NCBI GenBank assembly: GCA_964247055.1
Contig: OZ176054.1
Span: forward strand, 2,976,001-3,040,000
DNA from: Paragordius varius
Taxonomy: Eukaryota > Animalia > Nematomorpha
Direction: 5' to 3'
Length of the DNA stretch: 64,000 nucleotides
Shown: one piece after another, positions 1 to 16,751 of the stretch
Numbering within the stretch: the stretch's first letter is position 1
Layout of the letters: every line of letters starts with the position of its first letter
Program-made: the position numbers and the translations under genes
Notes under the pieces: generated by a model
What the model was told of the DNA's origin: nothing
Databases searched by the model: none
The model's input: only the letters and a program-made list of their open reading frames with translations

Positions 1-947
1 AAAATCCACGAATTCTGTCCAACATTTTTGACGAACTAAAAAATCTTGTTATTACGATTCAATGTCACAGTGAAGGAAATCTGGCGTCACAACAATTATT
101 CTGAATAGATATAATGTGATAAATATTGAACCAACATCCGATGACATTTTTGAGGCTTACTCCTCTTTTAAAAAGTTTTATCAAATCTCACTTAATTTTC
201 ATATTAAAAAGGTTCGCAAATTTAGCCCACGTTATGTTAAATTTAATTTTTGGCAAAGGTCGAAAACTTAAATCAAATCTCTTTATTTAAATATATATTA
301 TGAATTTTATTTGAATGATTAGTTATTTTATAGGGAGGACCAAAAACCGTTTAAAGTCATGTTAGAAATAATTAGTCCTTTATATAAACACAAAAAGCCA
401 ACAATGCGCCATGGTAATTATATACTTGATTGCGATAAAATCAATTTTAAAAGCGTACATTTTAAATTATGTTAAGGCATTTTACCGCACCAAAACGGTG
501 TGAAACACTTTTTTAAATTAGATTGCTCAAAATCTCTTTAGATAGATTAAATTTTTTAATAAGTATTTCGGTTAATCCACACAATTGGATACAAGCGAAA
601 AGCTACTATAGCTTTGGGGCAGATTTTGGGAAAACTAGGCCATTTCGACTTTATTGATGGTTATTTATAATTGTTTACGCATGTTTTTTTTGAATAAGCT
701 GCTAGATTTGGCTTGCTCATAATCAAAAGGCAAAATTGATTATCTTACAAAAAAATTCTTTAAGAATCCTAACCATTAATACCCAAGATAAAGGTTGATT
801 TACAGATTTATAAGGCAGAATGCGTGCGAAAATAATTTTCCAAAAGTCACTTTCCAGAAAATTATGAAAACCTTACTCGTGATTGCGATCTGGGTGTCTG
901 ATATAAATATATCTAACATTGAACAAATTATGTTAAAAATTTATTAA
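1..947 (+). CDS. 3' exons of an unidentified multi-exon protein-coding gene (5' end outside window)
   Basis: Phase-consistent exon chain: <1-85, 109-258, 334-413, 477-497, 564-659, 699-729 (GC donor), 815-947 (TAA). It reads ...NPRILSNIFDELKNLVITIQCHSEGNLA|YNVINIEPTSDDIFEAY...FWQR|EDQKPFKVMLEIISPLYKHKKPTMRHG|ILPHQN|VFRLIHTIGYKRKATIALGQILGKLGHFDFID|AARFGLLIIKR|QNACENNFPKVTFQKIMK... No family recognised; last exon boundary uncertain. Confidence 0.55.
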
Positions 948-1258
948 TAGATAAATGCACGGAGATACATTTGATAAAATGCCTTTGAGATTATCTTTAT
1001 ATTAAATGAATGTATATAAATGTTTTTTCACATAAAGGAGGGGCAATATCAATTTTAACTAGATAAATATATCAAGTAATAGATAAACCAAACCAAATTG
1101 TCATATCTTGACAACGAATATGTAATTAAAATACTTTTTTATATGTTAAAAATCAGTTAAAAACAATTCTTAACCATTCTTTATGTAATATTAATTATCA
1201 CGTTTTCCAAATTTTTTGAGAATCATTAAATGTTAGTGTCCTTAGTAAATTGGAAAGA

Positions 1259-4068
<2,810 letters not shown>

Positions 4069-4903
4069 TTCCGATATTTTTATTTAAAAATTTGATTTTA
4101 AAATAAAAATATTTAGTTTAAAAATACCGGTTTAATGTTTTTGTGAATGCTACTGTTGAGTGTCGAAAATTCATACCTGAAAATATTCGGGATATAGATA
4201 AATAAATAATGATTTAATTATATTACCAGTAAGTTTCAAACTTTACGACCTTTTAAGGTTGCTTTATATCACGAAGCGATGTGAAAATATATCTACTTAA
4301 AAAGTAATAGTATTATACTAATTTGAATATTTTTCTTAAGCCGCTAGGGCAAAATCCAAAAATCAAGAAATATAAAATTTTAAAAAAAACTATTAAAAAA
4401 AATTATGACGCCATTTTTTGTTTTTTTAGATCGCTAATGCAACAGGCAATGAATTTATATTATTGTCACTAATTAACTTTAAAAAGCTTTCTAGTTACAG
4501 ACATTTGTTGATTTTTATATCAGCTGTTTAGTTCAATCATATTAGAAGCTGTCCCATTACGCTCATAACAATTGTTAATAATATCAAAAGTCTATTTACA
4601 AGATTGAGCTCTGGGATAATCATTATATATGACATCGCGGACAAAAAAAAGAGATGATAATAGAGACTTAATTACTAACTTTACTTGATAATTAAAATCT
4701 AAAGCAGATGTCCATGTGTTCATATATTAATGACTGTCCTTTATTGAATGAAAAGTTTAGGGTCCTCAGCTAATTATATCATTAATTACTACGTATAAAT
4801 GTAGCCGTGATAGAAATATTTCACCAAAAAAGACAGGAATAACTAACGCGACTTTATATTGCTTGATATCAAAACAAATCAGCAGTCGTCATTTTAAACA
4901 AAA

Positions 4904-5374
4904 TTAACACTTGGATACAATACATTCATTTTAGTCCTGCGATTCAAATTGGAGTTAGTACCCCAGGCCTCTTTAAAGTTGAATATTTCAAAAAATATAG
5001 AATGAATTGAGACCTTGGCAAAAATTTATTTAGTCAACATGACATGTAAGCAAAATTTTAAAAAAATACAAATTAAACCACTTTTTATGTTTCTATTAAT
5101 GTTAAATGTGATTTATATGAAAAATATGCTTAAATCTTGGATGTAAAATTAAATAAACACGATATTTCAAATATGTTGCAAAATATAAATGCCGCCGATC
5201 TAGTTTGATGTGAAACTTTTTTTTCATAATTTTTTTTAAGAATTTTGGTATTTATATTTTTATTAGGATAGAACCATAAATTTAAATTGGTACCGTTTTT
5301 TTCAGTAATTTTATAAAAATGTTAACTTAAATATCTGGGGAATTTAGATACCTCAATTTGAATCGAGGTGTTAA
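4904..5374 (+). mobile_element. MITE family A copy 1 (TTAA-flanked, piggyBac-like non-autonomous element)
   Basis: Starts TTAA-CACTTGGATACAA...CGATTCAAATTGG and ends ...CAATTTGAATCGAGGTG-TTAA; same consensus as six other copies in the window. Confidence 0.85.
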
Positions 5375-6733
5375 TGTTAAATTAAAATGTTTTTTCTCAA
5401 TGATGTTAAATTATATATTTTAAATTTATATATCAAAGATCATGTAAGACCCTCAATGGGCTAGTTATTTTTAAATACCTGTAAAAAGGATGAGTTGCGT
5501 GGTAAAACTTATATAATAAATGCTTCCTGATTATGTAAAGAGTTGGCTTGAAATATGCGTATTTGGTTTATAACTTTTTAATTTTTTATCCTAGTTTATC
5601 TTTTGGGTAGTTTATCCCAAAGCCCAAATTTTTAATTAATACAGTTTTGAAAGAGGTGTCTTTTTAAGATTGGTACAGTTCCAAATTACGATTGAAACCA
5701 GCTGATATAAAAATCAAAAATATATCAAGATTTTGCTATGTAGCCTAAAAATTTTTTAAATTAATCATTTACATTTTTTAACCATATTAAAGATTTATTT
5801 GGCTGCTAAATTAGCGATTTAAAAAACGGAAAAAGTTTGAGATGAGGATTTTTTGATTTTACTATTTTTTAAAAAAATTCGCCCTAAACTATAAAAAAGC
5901 ATATTTTTAATTCGGCATACCTTAAATAATTCCAATATTGCTCTGTAAAACAACCTTAGAAGGTGATAGATTAAAATCAGTTTATTGGCGAAATAATGTC
6001 GTATTTTATCTTATATGTTAAAAACAATATAAAAATCCATAAAAAAATAGATAAACAGTTTTCTCTATAATTTGATTATGATGAATATTACTATTATTAT
6101 TTTTGTAAGAATGGGAGCTCTTAATCCTAGTATTAATAAGCAACTTAAATTCTTATTCTAGTCTAATGGAATCATATTGGTATTTTATTAGATTTTGTGT
6201 AATTTAACAAATTATTACCTTTTGTCGTATTTTTTTTACTCCATAGCGATTTTATTCAATTTATAAAAATGGGCTCAAAGGTTGTGCATATGTCGAAAAA
6301 AATGCTTCTAACACTTTCTTTTTATTGCACCGCCAATTAAGACAAAATAAAAGAGTACGGTAAATAACCAAAGGAAATTTTTAAATACTTTGTAACTGAG
6401 AATTTTTATGTAAATTTACAGGTGCAAAAAATATAATACTATATGAATATGATTATGATCCAATATGGGTACTATTGATAAATATATTTTCAAAACAATT
6501 TTGAAAGCACTCGGTCGCAACATCCCATAATGTAATAGTCGGCAAAAAAACTATCAAGTTTTATTGTTAGTATTTGGCAGAAATTATTTATTAATCGATT
6601 TGCGAAATTTTTTTTAGAATGTAATTACCTCTATATATTGTATTGAGAACTCCAATAAAAAAGTATACTTTTTAAGCTTTTAATTTATGACATATGCAAT
6701 ATGTATGAAAATGCATTTACGCTTTAATTCCAT

Positions 6734-9700
6734 ATGAAGCTAATAAAAAGCACGCTGCAAATTCGATGGGGCAAGTTTTATTCACAACTTGCCACTCGAA
6801 TGAAGGATTATGATTTTCAGGTATTTTTTAGCTATAAAAAAGACCAATCATAATAACATGGAATCATTGGTCAAAGAACTTAAGGCCAAAACACAAATAA
6901 ATATAGAAGGTTTCATGCACATTAATTATATTCAGGAAACAAAAAACTCCATGCATATCATCAATCCAAAGGGAAATTGCTTGTTCGAGAAAGGATAGAT
7001 GCCTTATTAGATACTGATTCTTTATTTTTGGAAACATCTTGTCTAGCAGCTTACAATATGTACGAAGGTGACATATATGGAGCTGGATTGGTCACTGGGC
7101 TAGGGACGATTAATAAGTATAAATATATATATCTAACTCTAAAAAAATTGAACATAAAATCTCTAATATTTTTATCATTTCATATATGTATAATATAACT
7201 TGTTTACATAAGATAAACATTTTACGTGAATAATTCAATATATTAACTATTGGGTAAAGATTTTAATATATTTTAAGTTAAGATACTGATATGATTAAAT
7301 TAAAATTTCACCTGTGTTTAATAAGGTCATTTGAAACTCATTTTAATAAATACGAACATTATACAATTAATTAAATAAATAATTATTTCAATTAATTTTC
7401 TTTTTGCGTAATTTTTTTATAATATTCAGTACGCGATGTATGATTATAGCAAACGATGCCACAGTCAAGGGTGGAACTTATTATCCTATGACAGTTAAAA
7501 AGCATTTGAGAGCGCAAGAAATTGCGAAACAAAATCGTTTACCTTGCATTTATTTAGGTAATTCAAATAATAGTTCTAACAATAAGTTATATTTTAATAA
7601 TTTCTTTTGTGCGTTAAGTTTATTTTAAACCCCCTTCCCCCTTTGTTTGAAAAATTATAACTGTTTTGTAGTAATTACTGATACTTATGTATTCATATTG
7701 AGACAAATAAAGATTTTAATCATTTTTTCCCAAACCATAATAGTAAATCAAAATTGTTGAAATGAAATACTTTTTATGTAATAATATGACGGACGGTAAA
7801 AAATGGGGTAAATGAGATTAATATATCATCATCCATTTATTTGCCCTACTGGAGTTACGGCTTGTTTAGTTTTATGCGACAAGATTTTTCTGTACTCATC
7901 CCAATTCATGTATGCCATCTCAACTTTATCATGGGTTTTATTATCATTACCTATTTTTGTAGCCCATCTATTTCAGGGATTTCCTTTCCTGTGTTTTCCG
8001 CTGAGATACCATTCTAGCCTTGTGGTGTGCCTATGTGCCCCCATAAAAACGTAATCTACTTTGGGATAGCGTCTTTTGTAATAGAGGTATTTCCATTTTA
8101 TTTTGCAGTTTTTCGGCGTTACTGTTTTTCTTTCGCTATACATATTATAAATCTATCCTCCCCATCCTTGGTTATATCTGATTGTTATCTCATATAAAAA
8201 TGTCCTTGTATATCCCTGTTTATTTTTCGTTTGATTGCCAAATCAAAGCTCTCATTTAATCAAATAATGAAAATTTAATATACCATTTACCATTCAAATT
8301 TACCCTTAAACAATTCAAAGTCACCTCAAAAAATTATATGTTTTTTAAGATTATCTATATTTTTTAAAAAATAAAAAGATATTGTTTTACATTAAAATAA
8401 TACTGAAAAAATAATAAACTATGCCACAAAGATATATTTTATATTTATAAGGAGTTATATTAGTTCGAAAACACATAATTTATTTTTAGGGGGAATTTGA
8501 ATTATTTTAACTGTAAATGGTATATTATCGCTTAACTTATAGGCGAAAATTGGGTGCAAATATTTATTATATTATTTTTGTACCCGTTATCTGGATGAAA
8601 GTCATCATTTTATTTTTTATGCATATCCTGGAATTTATAATAATTATATGCTAACGAAAGAAAATCTTTTACATTTTACAAACAAAATTTTATGTGGAAA
8701 ATTTTAACTCCTTAACAGATTGAGATTTTGTTTTGCTAATAATTCTTAAAATTTTTTCACTAAATATAACCATCGTGGCCAATTAATAAAAATAAAAATT
8801 ACCCTTATTATATTTCACAAACAAAATTTTAATATAGCAACCTAAATTAGATATAAAACATTGTAGAAAACATTTCCTTACTTATCTTGGTTCATTTATG
8901 TACTATTTCGCGTATATCAATGGGCACAACGTTAACAAAACTCAAGAAAGGTTGTTCGCAATACTGCGAAATAAGGTGGAAATATTCTTATTAAAGAATA
9001 ACGCTATTATATCAAATTAGATTATGTTTTTTATCGGCAAATGCTAGAAAAAAATTGGAAAAGAGGAAGATTGCAAAAATCAAAATACAAAATTGTTAAA
9101 AGCATAATAATAAAACTTTTAATATATCACATCCATGGCATACATGAACCCGAAATGAGTTTAAAACATATTTAGATTAAAATGTGTAGAATATGCGAAG
9201 TAAAAAAAGTTTTAAAGATTGTTGATATAATGTTTGTTTACCACAGTATGTTTTGATGCTATAATTTATTGTGATAAAATGCATTTATATTTAATACAGG
9301 CATTCGATTCAAAAAATTTAATTTTTTATATAATTTAGTGTGATATAAGTGTATCTCTATACTATATCATCGATATTAGTTAATAGGTCATTGATGAATA
9401 GCTTACATTTTTAGGTTTTTAATAAGGATGAAATGGATTAGAATGTTTTATCCCCCATATATGGGTTTATCGTAATCAATAAATTAATTTTACTGTTTTT
9501 TTATAGATTAAATAAATAGGTTTACTCTTAACTATAGACTATATTTGTATAAATTTGTATTTTATAGACATTTATATGCAATGATTCTCTTTCATTTTTT
9601 TTTTTTCATAACGAGAATTTTCACATAATTTTAGTTTACATGACTAAAAACGGAATTATATAGTCATGATTAGTATAAGCATGTTTTTGAAGGATAAAAT

Positions 9701-12700
9701 TACCAATTAATTTATTTCTTAATTATAAAGTTGATTCCGGTGGCGCCAATCTTCCTCGTCAATCAGATGTTTTTCCCGACAAAGAACATTTTGGGCGCAT
9801 TTTTTACAATCAAGCTCGTATGTCGGCACAAAATATCCCTCAAGTAGAACTTTATTTTAATTCCGAAAAATATGTAATAAAATTGATTTCAAGAATTTAT
9901 TTAATATCTATAAAATATTTAGACAAAATTTGGCTAAATTTTTATTGGTATATAAATATTTAGCTTTTATAGTTATAAAGTTGTCATTTTTTAATAACAG
10001 TACTAATTAAAAGGAAACACTAATATTTTCTAAATGCTAAAATATAATTTGATTTAGGTCTAAGCTATATGAATACAATTTCAAAATATAAAATAAATTA
10101 CACTAGACAACAAATTTTAACTTTTTTTAACTGCCATTCTTGTAAATTTAAAATTAATTTCATTAAAGTACATAATTAGTATATCTGAAAAGAAAATTGG
10201 TCTAGCATGGAATATTTTTTTATATTAGAGTTTATCGATAATTTTTGGCCCCGATTCAACATTAAACTCGAAATTTCAAAAATTAAAAGTTTTAGATATG
10301 AAGCCAAGTATTTTATATCATTCGAAAGAGCGCAAAAAACTGAATCTTTTAAATGGTACATTTAAATCAATCGGATGTAAAAGTTATTTGGATTTAAATG
10401 GTCGAAATTTTCAATCCTTAAATAAGTCAAGAATTTTCACTTTCAAACTAATTTGAAAATCATATAAATTATTTTAATATAATTATTAGGGTTATATTAG
10501 TATTTAATTTAAAAAAAATGTTTGAAAAAGCTTTTGGCTTGCTTTTTTAATAAAAATTATTATTATCATAAATATTTTACCTAGTGGATACTAAAATGCA
10601 TAGTCTAACTGTAAATTTATTACATAATGGCTATAAAAGATCAAAAATACCTTAAACTTTGTTTTTGTCTTTAAAATTTCGAAATTATCAGCATTATAAA
10701 GATAATAAATTTATATTGATGAGATGGTAGTTTTTAAAAAACAAAAAACTTAAAAATGGCTGTTTTGAGTGACATAAAAGCAATAAAAAAATGTTTTAAT
10801 CAAAGAAACTTTCTTGTGTTATCTTTTTCATCAGCATCTAAACAAAGTTTGAGCCATTTTCATCCATTAGTTTTAAAAATATAATAATTAAAAAAATGCT
10901 CTCGCTTCGCGAGTTTGTCGCTCTTTGTGTCCAATATTAACTGTCGATGTAATACATATTATTATGCATTTTATAGAGTTTTTATTACTCTTTCGAATGA
11001 TATATTACAAATGGGCATTACTTGTATATTTCCAAAGAAAAGTATTTTTTAGTAAAATTTTGATAAAGAGGGCGCATAATCAAAAAAATCAAATTATACA
11101 AAATTCTTCCAACGAGTTTTAATTTTAATTTCAGATTTACTGTTAAAATGATACTAAATATCAGAAAATTCAAAAAACTCGAATGGCAGAAAAATTTGTT
11201 GTCCAGTGTTATATTATCAATTTACACATTCAATACTTTTTTCGGAAACCAAAACCTTAAGATATATCGAAGAAGCTGTCAAAATTAAGGTTTCTTATTA
11301 TCATATTTTGTTTCTTTCATTATAGTTTTAAGTTTTACTCAAAAATTTCAAGAAAAACATATAAAAATATTAATTTATTATTTAAATATTTTGAATGAAG
11401 TTTCATATTTTATTATCATTTGTTCGTACTATATTTATCTTTTGTCTTTTTAATATAAATTTTTACTGCAAAACTGAAAAAAAAAATTAAAAAAACTTTG
11501 CATTTATCCTTTTTAATTTTGATAGATAGCTGTGGTTATGGGAAGTTGTACAGCAGGGGGCGCTTATATGCCCGCCATGGCTGATCAAAGTATTCAAGTT
11601 AGGAATCAAGGAACTATCTTTTTGGGTGGCCCACCTCTAGTATACTATAGATATGATAATTAAATTAAAATATTAATACATCGTTATTCATGAGATATAA
11701 TTAAAAATTGTAATTTGTTAAGACTATTTTTCAATTTTAGAATTTAATTAAAAGAAAGAAACTAATAATTACATTTGAATATATATTATGCCTTTTTCTT
11801 TAATAAAGATATATTAAAATGTTGTATTATTGTGTATAAATTATTATAAACAGCTAAACCAATTTAAAAATGTTAAAAGACTTTTAAGGATCTAAGTAAC
11901 CTTTTTATACCACCCATGCTTTAAAGGCTTATTAGTTTGATATCTAATTCATTTTTAAAATTTTAAACAATTTATATTTCTAATCATGTTTATATATATA
12001 CTCAGATTTTTTTAAACAGTTTCTCTTCTACTAAAATTTTTTATAAAACAATTTGGTATTTAATTTTTTTTTTCATTTGTGTGTTAGGTTAAAGCAGCCA
12101 CCGGAGAAAGTGTAAGTGCCGAGGACTTGGGAGGCGCTGATTTACATTGCAAGTTTGCCATTAATCTTTAATTAATTATTATCGCACAGAAAGAGTGGAG
12201 TATCAGATTATTATGCAGAAAATGATTATCATGCTTTGGGTATGGCGAGGGATATTGTCAAAAATTTAAATTGTCACCAGATGAGGCAAAATTTTAGCAA
12301 TAACAAGAAAGATTTTACAGTATGTTTATGGCTATATATTTTTCACAAATGTTTAATTTCCCTTGATATTCGAAAGATATATATAAAAATTGGCAATAAA
12401 AATTATTACATAAATACTTTTATCTACCAAGATTTTAATAAAATATGTCGAACTTTAACGATAAGAGATTTTGGATTTTTAGTCTCCAATCTTAAAATGT
12501 AATTAAAGGAAAACGCAAATTATTGTAACTTTTGCTGTTTAAAATCTGAAAAAGCGCTTATGGACTAGAACTTTTCACAACTACATTTATTAAACCATAT
12601 AAAGCAATTACCAATATTTATATATCTGAGCTCATGAAAGCAATAATTTATATACCTAAATTTTTTAAGGAACCTAGCCTAGATCCAAATGAGATCTATG

Positions 12701-14689
12701 GGATAGTTGGGGACAATTTGAAAAAGGTTTATGATATACGTGAGGTTTTAATTATTTTATTTTACAATTTCAGTATTTTATAAAAAAAAACATTGAATTT
12801 CCATTTCATATTATTTGTGTATAAATTTTTGAAGATATACATAATATTTAAATATTAATAGATAATTTGGCGCCTTACAGATAATAGCGAATTTTCTGAG
12901 TTCAAAGAATTATATGGACAAACTATCGTGACGGGTATTAATTTATTTTATTAGTTGTCACCATACTATTTATATTTTTTCAAAACGATTATTATTTCAA
13001 AAATATATTTTTAGGTTTTGCCAAAATCCATGGTATGACAGTGGGTATTATTGGCAACAACGGTGTTTTATTCTCGGAATCAGCGTTAAAAGTAAATTTT
13101 ACTGTATTTTTATATATTATCATTTATTGAACAGTTTATTTATTAGTTTCTTTATGAAAGTCTACATTAAAATAACTATTATTTAACCAGCACTTAAATA
13201 ATAAAAAATATCTATTATATAGTTTCTTTTGCAATTCAAAAAATTATTTGTGTTAGTTAATAATATTTTGTAACATACCCCAATAAAATAGTTGTATTAG
13301 CATAGCATCTAAATAAATATTTAGGCAGCGCATTTTATTCAACTTTGTGATCGGAGAAACATTCCCCTCATATTTCTTCAAAACATCACAGGTTAATTAC
13401 ATAATTTAGCGTGAAAAATTGATAATTTTATCCTATCAAATAATAAAATTGACCCTTACATCTCTTTTATATAAAATTATTATATAATATATTTTTATGA
13501 ACTTTCAAACATATTTGATTTATAAATAAAATTTAATATTGTAATGGTAATGAACGGATTGGTTATGTTTTGTAATAACAGTTGTTAAAATCCGTATATA
13601 ATGATAACGGATAATTAAATACAATTAAATGAAATTATAAATAGAAATTATAAACGATATGTGAAACCCTTCGTCAATAGTAATCGCAGACTAGTTTCGT
13701 GCTTGTTAGCACTCATCAGTACGACACAACTATTTGACTTGGAGTTTCACATATCGATTTCGTATATATATCCAACTTTGCAATTTTGGTATAAATGCAG
13801 TTGGTTATACGAATTTAAATTAAATTTAATGTAATTTATGAAAATTATAAATTAAATTTAATGTAATTTATGAAAATTAAACTGAAAAAAATTGCAAAGT
13901 TGGATATATATACGAAATCGATATGTGAAACTCCAAGTCAAATAGTTGTGTCGTACTGATGAGTGCTAACAAGCACGAAACTAGTCTGCGATTACTATTG
14001 ACGAAGGGTTTCACATATCGTTTATAATTTCTATTTATAATTTCATTTAATTGTATTTAATTATCCGTTATCATTATATACGGATTTTAACAACTGTTAA
14101 AATTTAATATTGTTGATGCTACTAATACGAGAGTGAACGATCGATTGTTAAAAATATCAATCAAACAATCAATCAATAAATTTTCCACTTTTTAAATTTT
14201 GTGATAAAATTTTCGCTTCAGAACCGTCTGAAATTAGCTTTTTATGAATTACATTCAACTAGGTTTTATGGTTGGTCAAAGGGCCGAACAAGAGGGCATA
14301 GCCAAACACGGAGCCAAAATGGTCACCGCTGTAAGTTGTGCGCGTGTGCCCAAAATTACAGTTATAGTTGGTGGTTCATACGGTGCTGGAAACTATGGAA
14401 TGTGTGGTCGGGCATTTAAGTAAATCCGGAAAAATATTGGATTTTGTTACAAAGTTTAAAGTTTTTTTACACAATAAAAAAAAGTTAGCTTGCTATATTA
14501 TTATTTAATGTAATAACTAGAACCTAATGCACATTTGTTGTGCAAGGGACTGAACCTAAAATTTTTAACAAACCGAAACCGTTTTTTGGGAATTACACAT
14601 ATAGGTTTATAAAAGGGCTGGTTTTGTCTAAATTTGGTCCAGTTTCGTTGTTTAATCTGTTTTATTTATAAAACTGATAGCCTATGTAG

Positions 14690-14720
<31 letters not shown>

Positions 14721-16576
14721 ATTGTAAAAATGTGTTTAAAAATCTAATATGCTTTATATCAAACTAAACCAATTTACAAAATAAGCTTTACTTGTAAATA
14801 AATTTATAAAAACTTAAAATTTTTGTTGAACCCGTCAAGAGCCGCAGTTTTGGTCATAAAAACGGTTTCGGAATTAGAATTTTGGTCCAACGTTTCAAAA
14901 AATGGAGAAAAAACATGGTTTACAAAAAGCGTTGCAAACATATTCGATTTTCAAAAATTCAATCAATATTGTTCCGTTTTTAACTATAAATAATTAGAAT
15001 TAAAAAAGTCATTTTTAAAATACTAAAAATGGGCCAACACTCAATAAAATACCGCATAAAGTTTGATTATCACCTCCTTTTTGCCCAAATTTTTTTCCCA
15101 CAATCGCATATATTATACCATTTACACTTCAAGAGTGTCCTTGAACAATTCAAGTTGGTCCTTTAACTTTTTTGTTTTGTTTTTAACTTTTATCAATTAA
15201 ATCGAAAATAATTCGTCTATTTTATTGTTTTTAACCTATTTTCTATTATTTAACATAAATTTTAAATAGATATCAACTTTTAATCTTTGAGAAACCGTAT
15301 ATCTTTATTAATTTCTTGAAATAATTTTGGATATTTATAAGATTTTAGCACGAAATGAAACAATATATAAGTTTTCTAGGTTATTAATTAAAATTTTTCA
15401 TTAAAAACATTTATAAGTCAAAAATTTGTTCAATTGAAAAAAAATAGTTTGAAACAAAAAAAAGGTTTTTCAATAAAATTTTTTATTTTTAAATGAATAA
15501 ATATATAATAAATAAAGAAAATTAGGTTAATAATAATTAAATAAAAAAATAAATGCAAAAATTATGGTTAAATCAAATATAAATTTTAAGGACCAACTTG
15601 AACTGTTCAAGGACCAACTTGAATTGTTCAAGGACCAACTTGAATTGTTCAAGGACCAACTTGAATTGTTCAAGGACACTCTTGAAGTGTAAATGGTATA
15701 TAAAATATGTACCAATTACCCCTTAAACAATTCAAATTTACCCTAAAATAAATTATGTGTTTTGTAAAGTTAAAAATCAACTATATTTTATTTATATATT
15801 TAAAAATAAAATTTTGTTTAAAATTAATATAATAAATACTGAAAAATAATACATTATGCCATGAGAATATATTTTATATTACATAATTATAAGTTATATT
15901 AGCCCGAAAACAGATACTTTATTTTTAGGCTGAATTTAAAATGTTAAGGGTAAATTTGAATCGTAAATATATAATTTACAAAAAGCGTTAAATATTTAGC
16001 ACAGATTAGAAATTAAACCGTGTAAATACTACAATTTTTACTCGATCATCTTTTATAATAATATGGCATAATTTTGAATTTATATCGTAAAAACTTTTTT
16101 TTGGTTATGTAGTCCAAAATTTCTATTTATGTGGCCCAACGCCCGTATATCAGTTATGGGTGGCGAACAGGCCGCTTCTGTGTTAACTCAAATAGCTGTG
16201 GATAAAGCCATTAGATCAGGAAAAACTAATTTAAGTCCTGAGGAACAAAATGAGATACGAAAACCATTGTTGGAACAATTTGAGTCTGAAGGAAGTCCTT
16301 ACTACTCCACTGCAAGGTATACATACGTATAATACAGTATGAGTAAATAAAATTTGTCAAATTTTGCGTGTCTAGCTAGTTACGGTAAATTAAATATTTT
16401 ATATAATATTTTTATGATTTTATATGGTGTAAAGAATTTGGGATGATGGAATAATAGATCCTCTGGATACGAGAACCGTATTAGCTTTGTGCTTAAACGT
16501 CTGCTTGAAAAACTCCGAAAAAGATGAAATTTCAGAAAGCCAAACTCATACATCCTATGGAATTTTTAGAATGTAA
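6734..16576 (+). CDS. MCCC2: Methylcrotonoyl-CoA carboxylase beta chain, mitochondrial; 15 exons, 559 aa
   Basis: Exons 6734-6820, 6843-6909, 6936-7116, 7430-7557, 9731-9843, 11526-11639, 12088-12152, 12190-12319, 12670-12744, 12862-12934, 13015-13091, 13325-13391, 14263-14419, 16113-16316, 16435-16576 (1680 nt). Motifs: [86 protein letters not shown]-terminal YGIFRM. Basic N-terminal presequence [17 protein letters not shown]. Confidence 0.96.
7800..8235 (-). mobile_element. Decayed 3' fragment of an RTE-like non-LTR retrotransposon (MCCC2 intron 4)
   Basis: Minus-strand translation ...[34 protein letters not shown]...[10 protein letters not shown] resembles the RTE ORF2 C-terminus (GH..R..W...R.RGRP..RW.D.I...W..DR..WR); contains stops. 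Confidence 0.5.
8279..8524. mobile_element. MITE family C (TATACCATTT termini)
   Basis: TATACCATTTAC...GTAAATGGTATA inverted termini with AATT(C/T)ACCCTT/AACAATTCAAA subterminal motifs shared with other copies. Confidence 0.75.
8880..9290 (+). mobile_element. Possible highly decayed piggyBac transposase C-terminal remnant
   Basis: Frame-broken peptides RWKYSY*RITLLYQ... and MCRICEVKK...[10 protein letters not shown] loosely fit the piggyBac cysteine-rich domain; weak. Confidence 0.25.
13676..13733 (-). ncRNA. Minimal type I hammerhead ribozyme (mirror copy)
   Basis: Exact reverse-complement copy of 13942-13999 in the left arm of the inverted repeat. Confidence 0.88.
13942..13999 (+). ncRNA. 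Minimal type I hammerhead ribozyme
   Basis: Stem I strand UCGUA, core CUGAUGA (13956-13962), stem II GUGCU-AACA-AGCAC, GAAA (13977-13980), palindromic ACUAGU stem III, GUC cleavage triplet (13984-13986), then UGCGA pairing with UCGUA, plus distal AUAGU/ACUAU pairing. Confidence 0.88.
15114..15700. mobile_element. MITE family C variant with ~50-bp TIR and 21-bp subterminal tandem repeats
   Basis: TATACCATTTACACTTCAAGAGTGTCCTTGAACAATTCAAGTTGGTCCTT at left, its reverse complement at right preceded by ~4 copies of GGACCAACTTGAATTGTTCAA. Confidence 0.85.
15709..15975. mobile_element. MITE family C, degenerate adjacent copy
   Basis: TACCAATTACCCCTTAAACAATTCAAATTTACCC...GGGTAAATTTGAATCGTAAAT; internal sequence homologous to 8279-8524. 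Confidence 0.65.
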
Positions 16577-16751
16577 TTCGGAATAAAATTTATAGTATTA
16601 AATACATGAATATAAAAAATATTTATTAAAAGTTTACTAATAAATTATACTAGATTCATATTTCTATAATGTTATAAAAAATATATATTTATAATTATTA
16701 CAAAAAATGTTACGTCTTTAATAAAAATTCCCTAATCAGGCATTATATTAA

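Larger units (their letters stand above)
13576..14099. repeat. Perfect 212-bp inverted repeat with 100-nt loop (probable tail-to-tail Penelope-like pLTR pair) in MCCC2 intron 12
   Basis: 13576-13787 is the reverse complement of 13888-14099 with no mismatch I could find; the loop contains a short internal direct duplication. Confidence 0.9.

Noticed and set aside
4400-6520. Possible small exons between CDK1 and MCCC2 (e.g. 6247-6359 joined to 6421)
   Set aside because: Only one or two phase-compatible junctions and no recognisable protein; cannot be supported.
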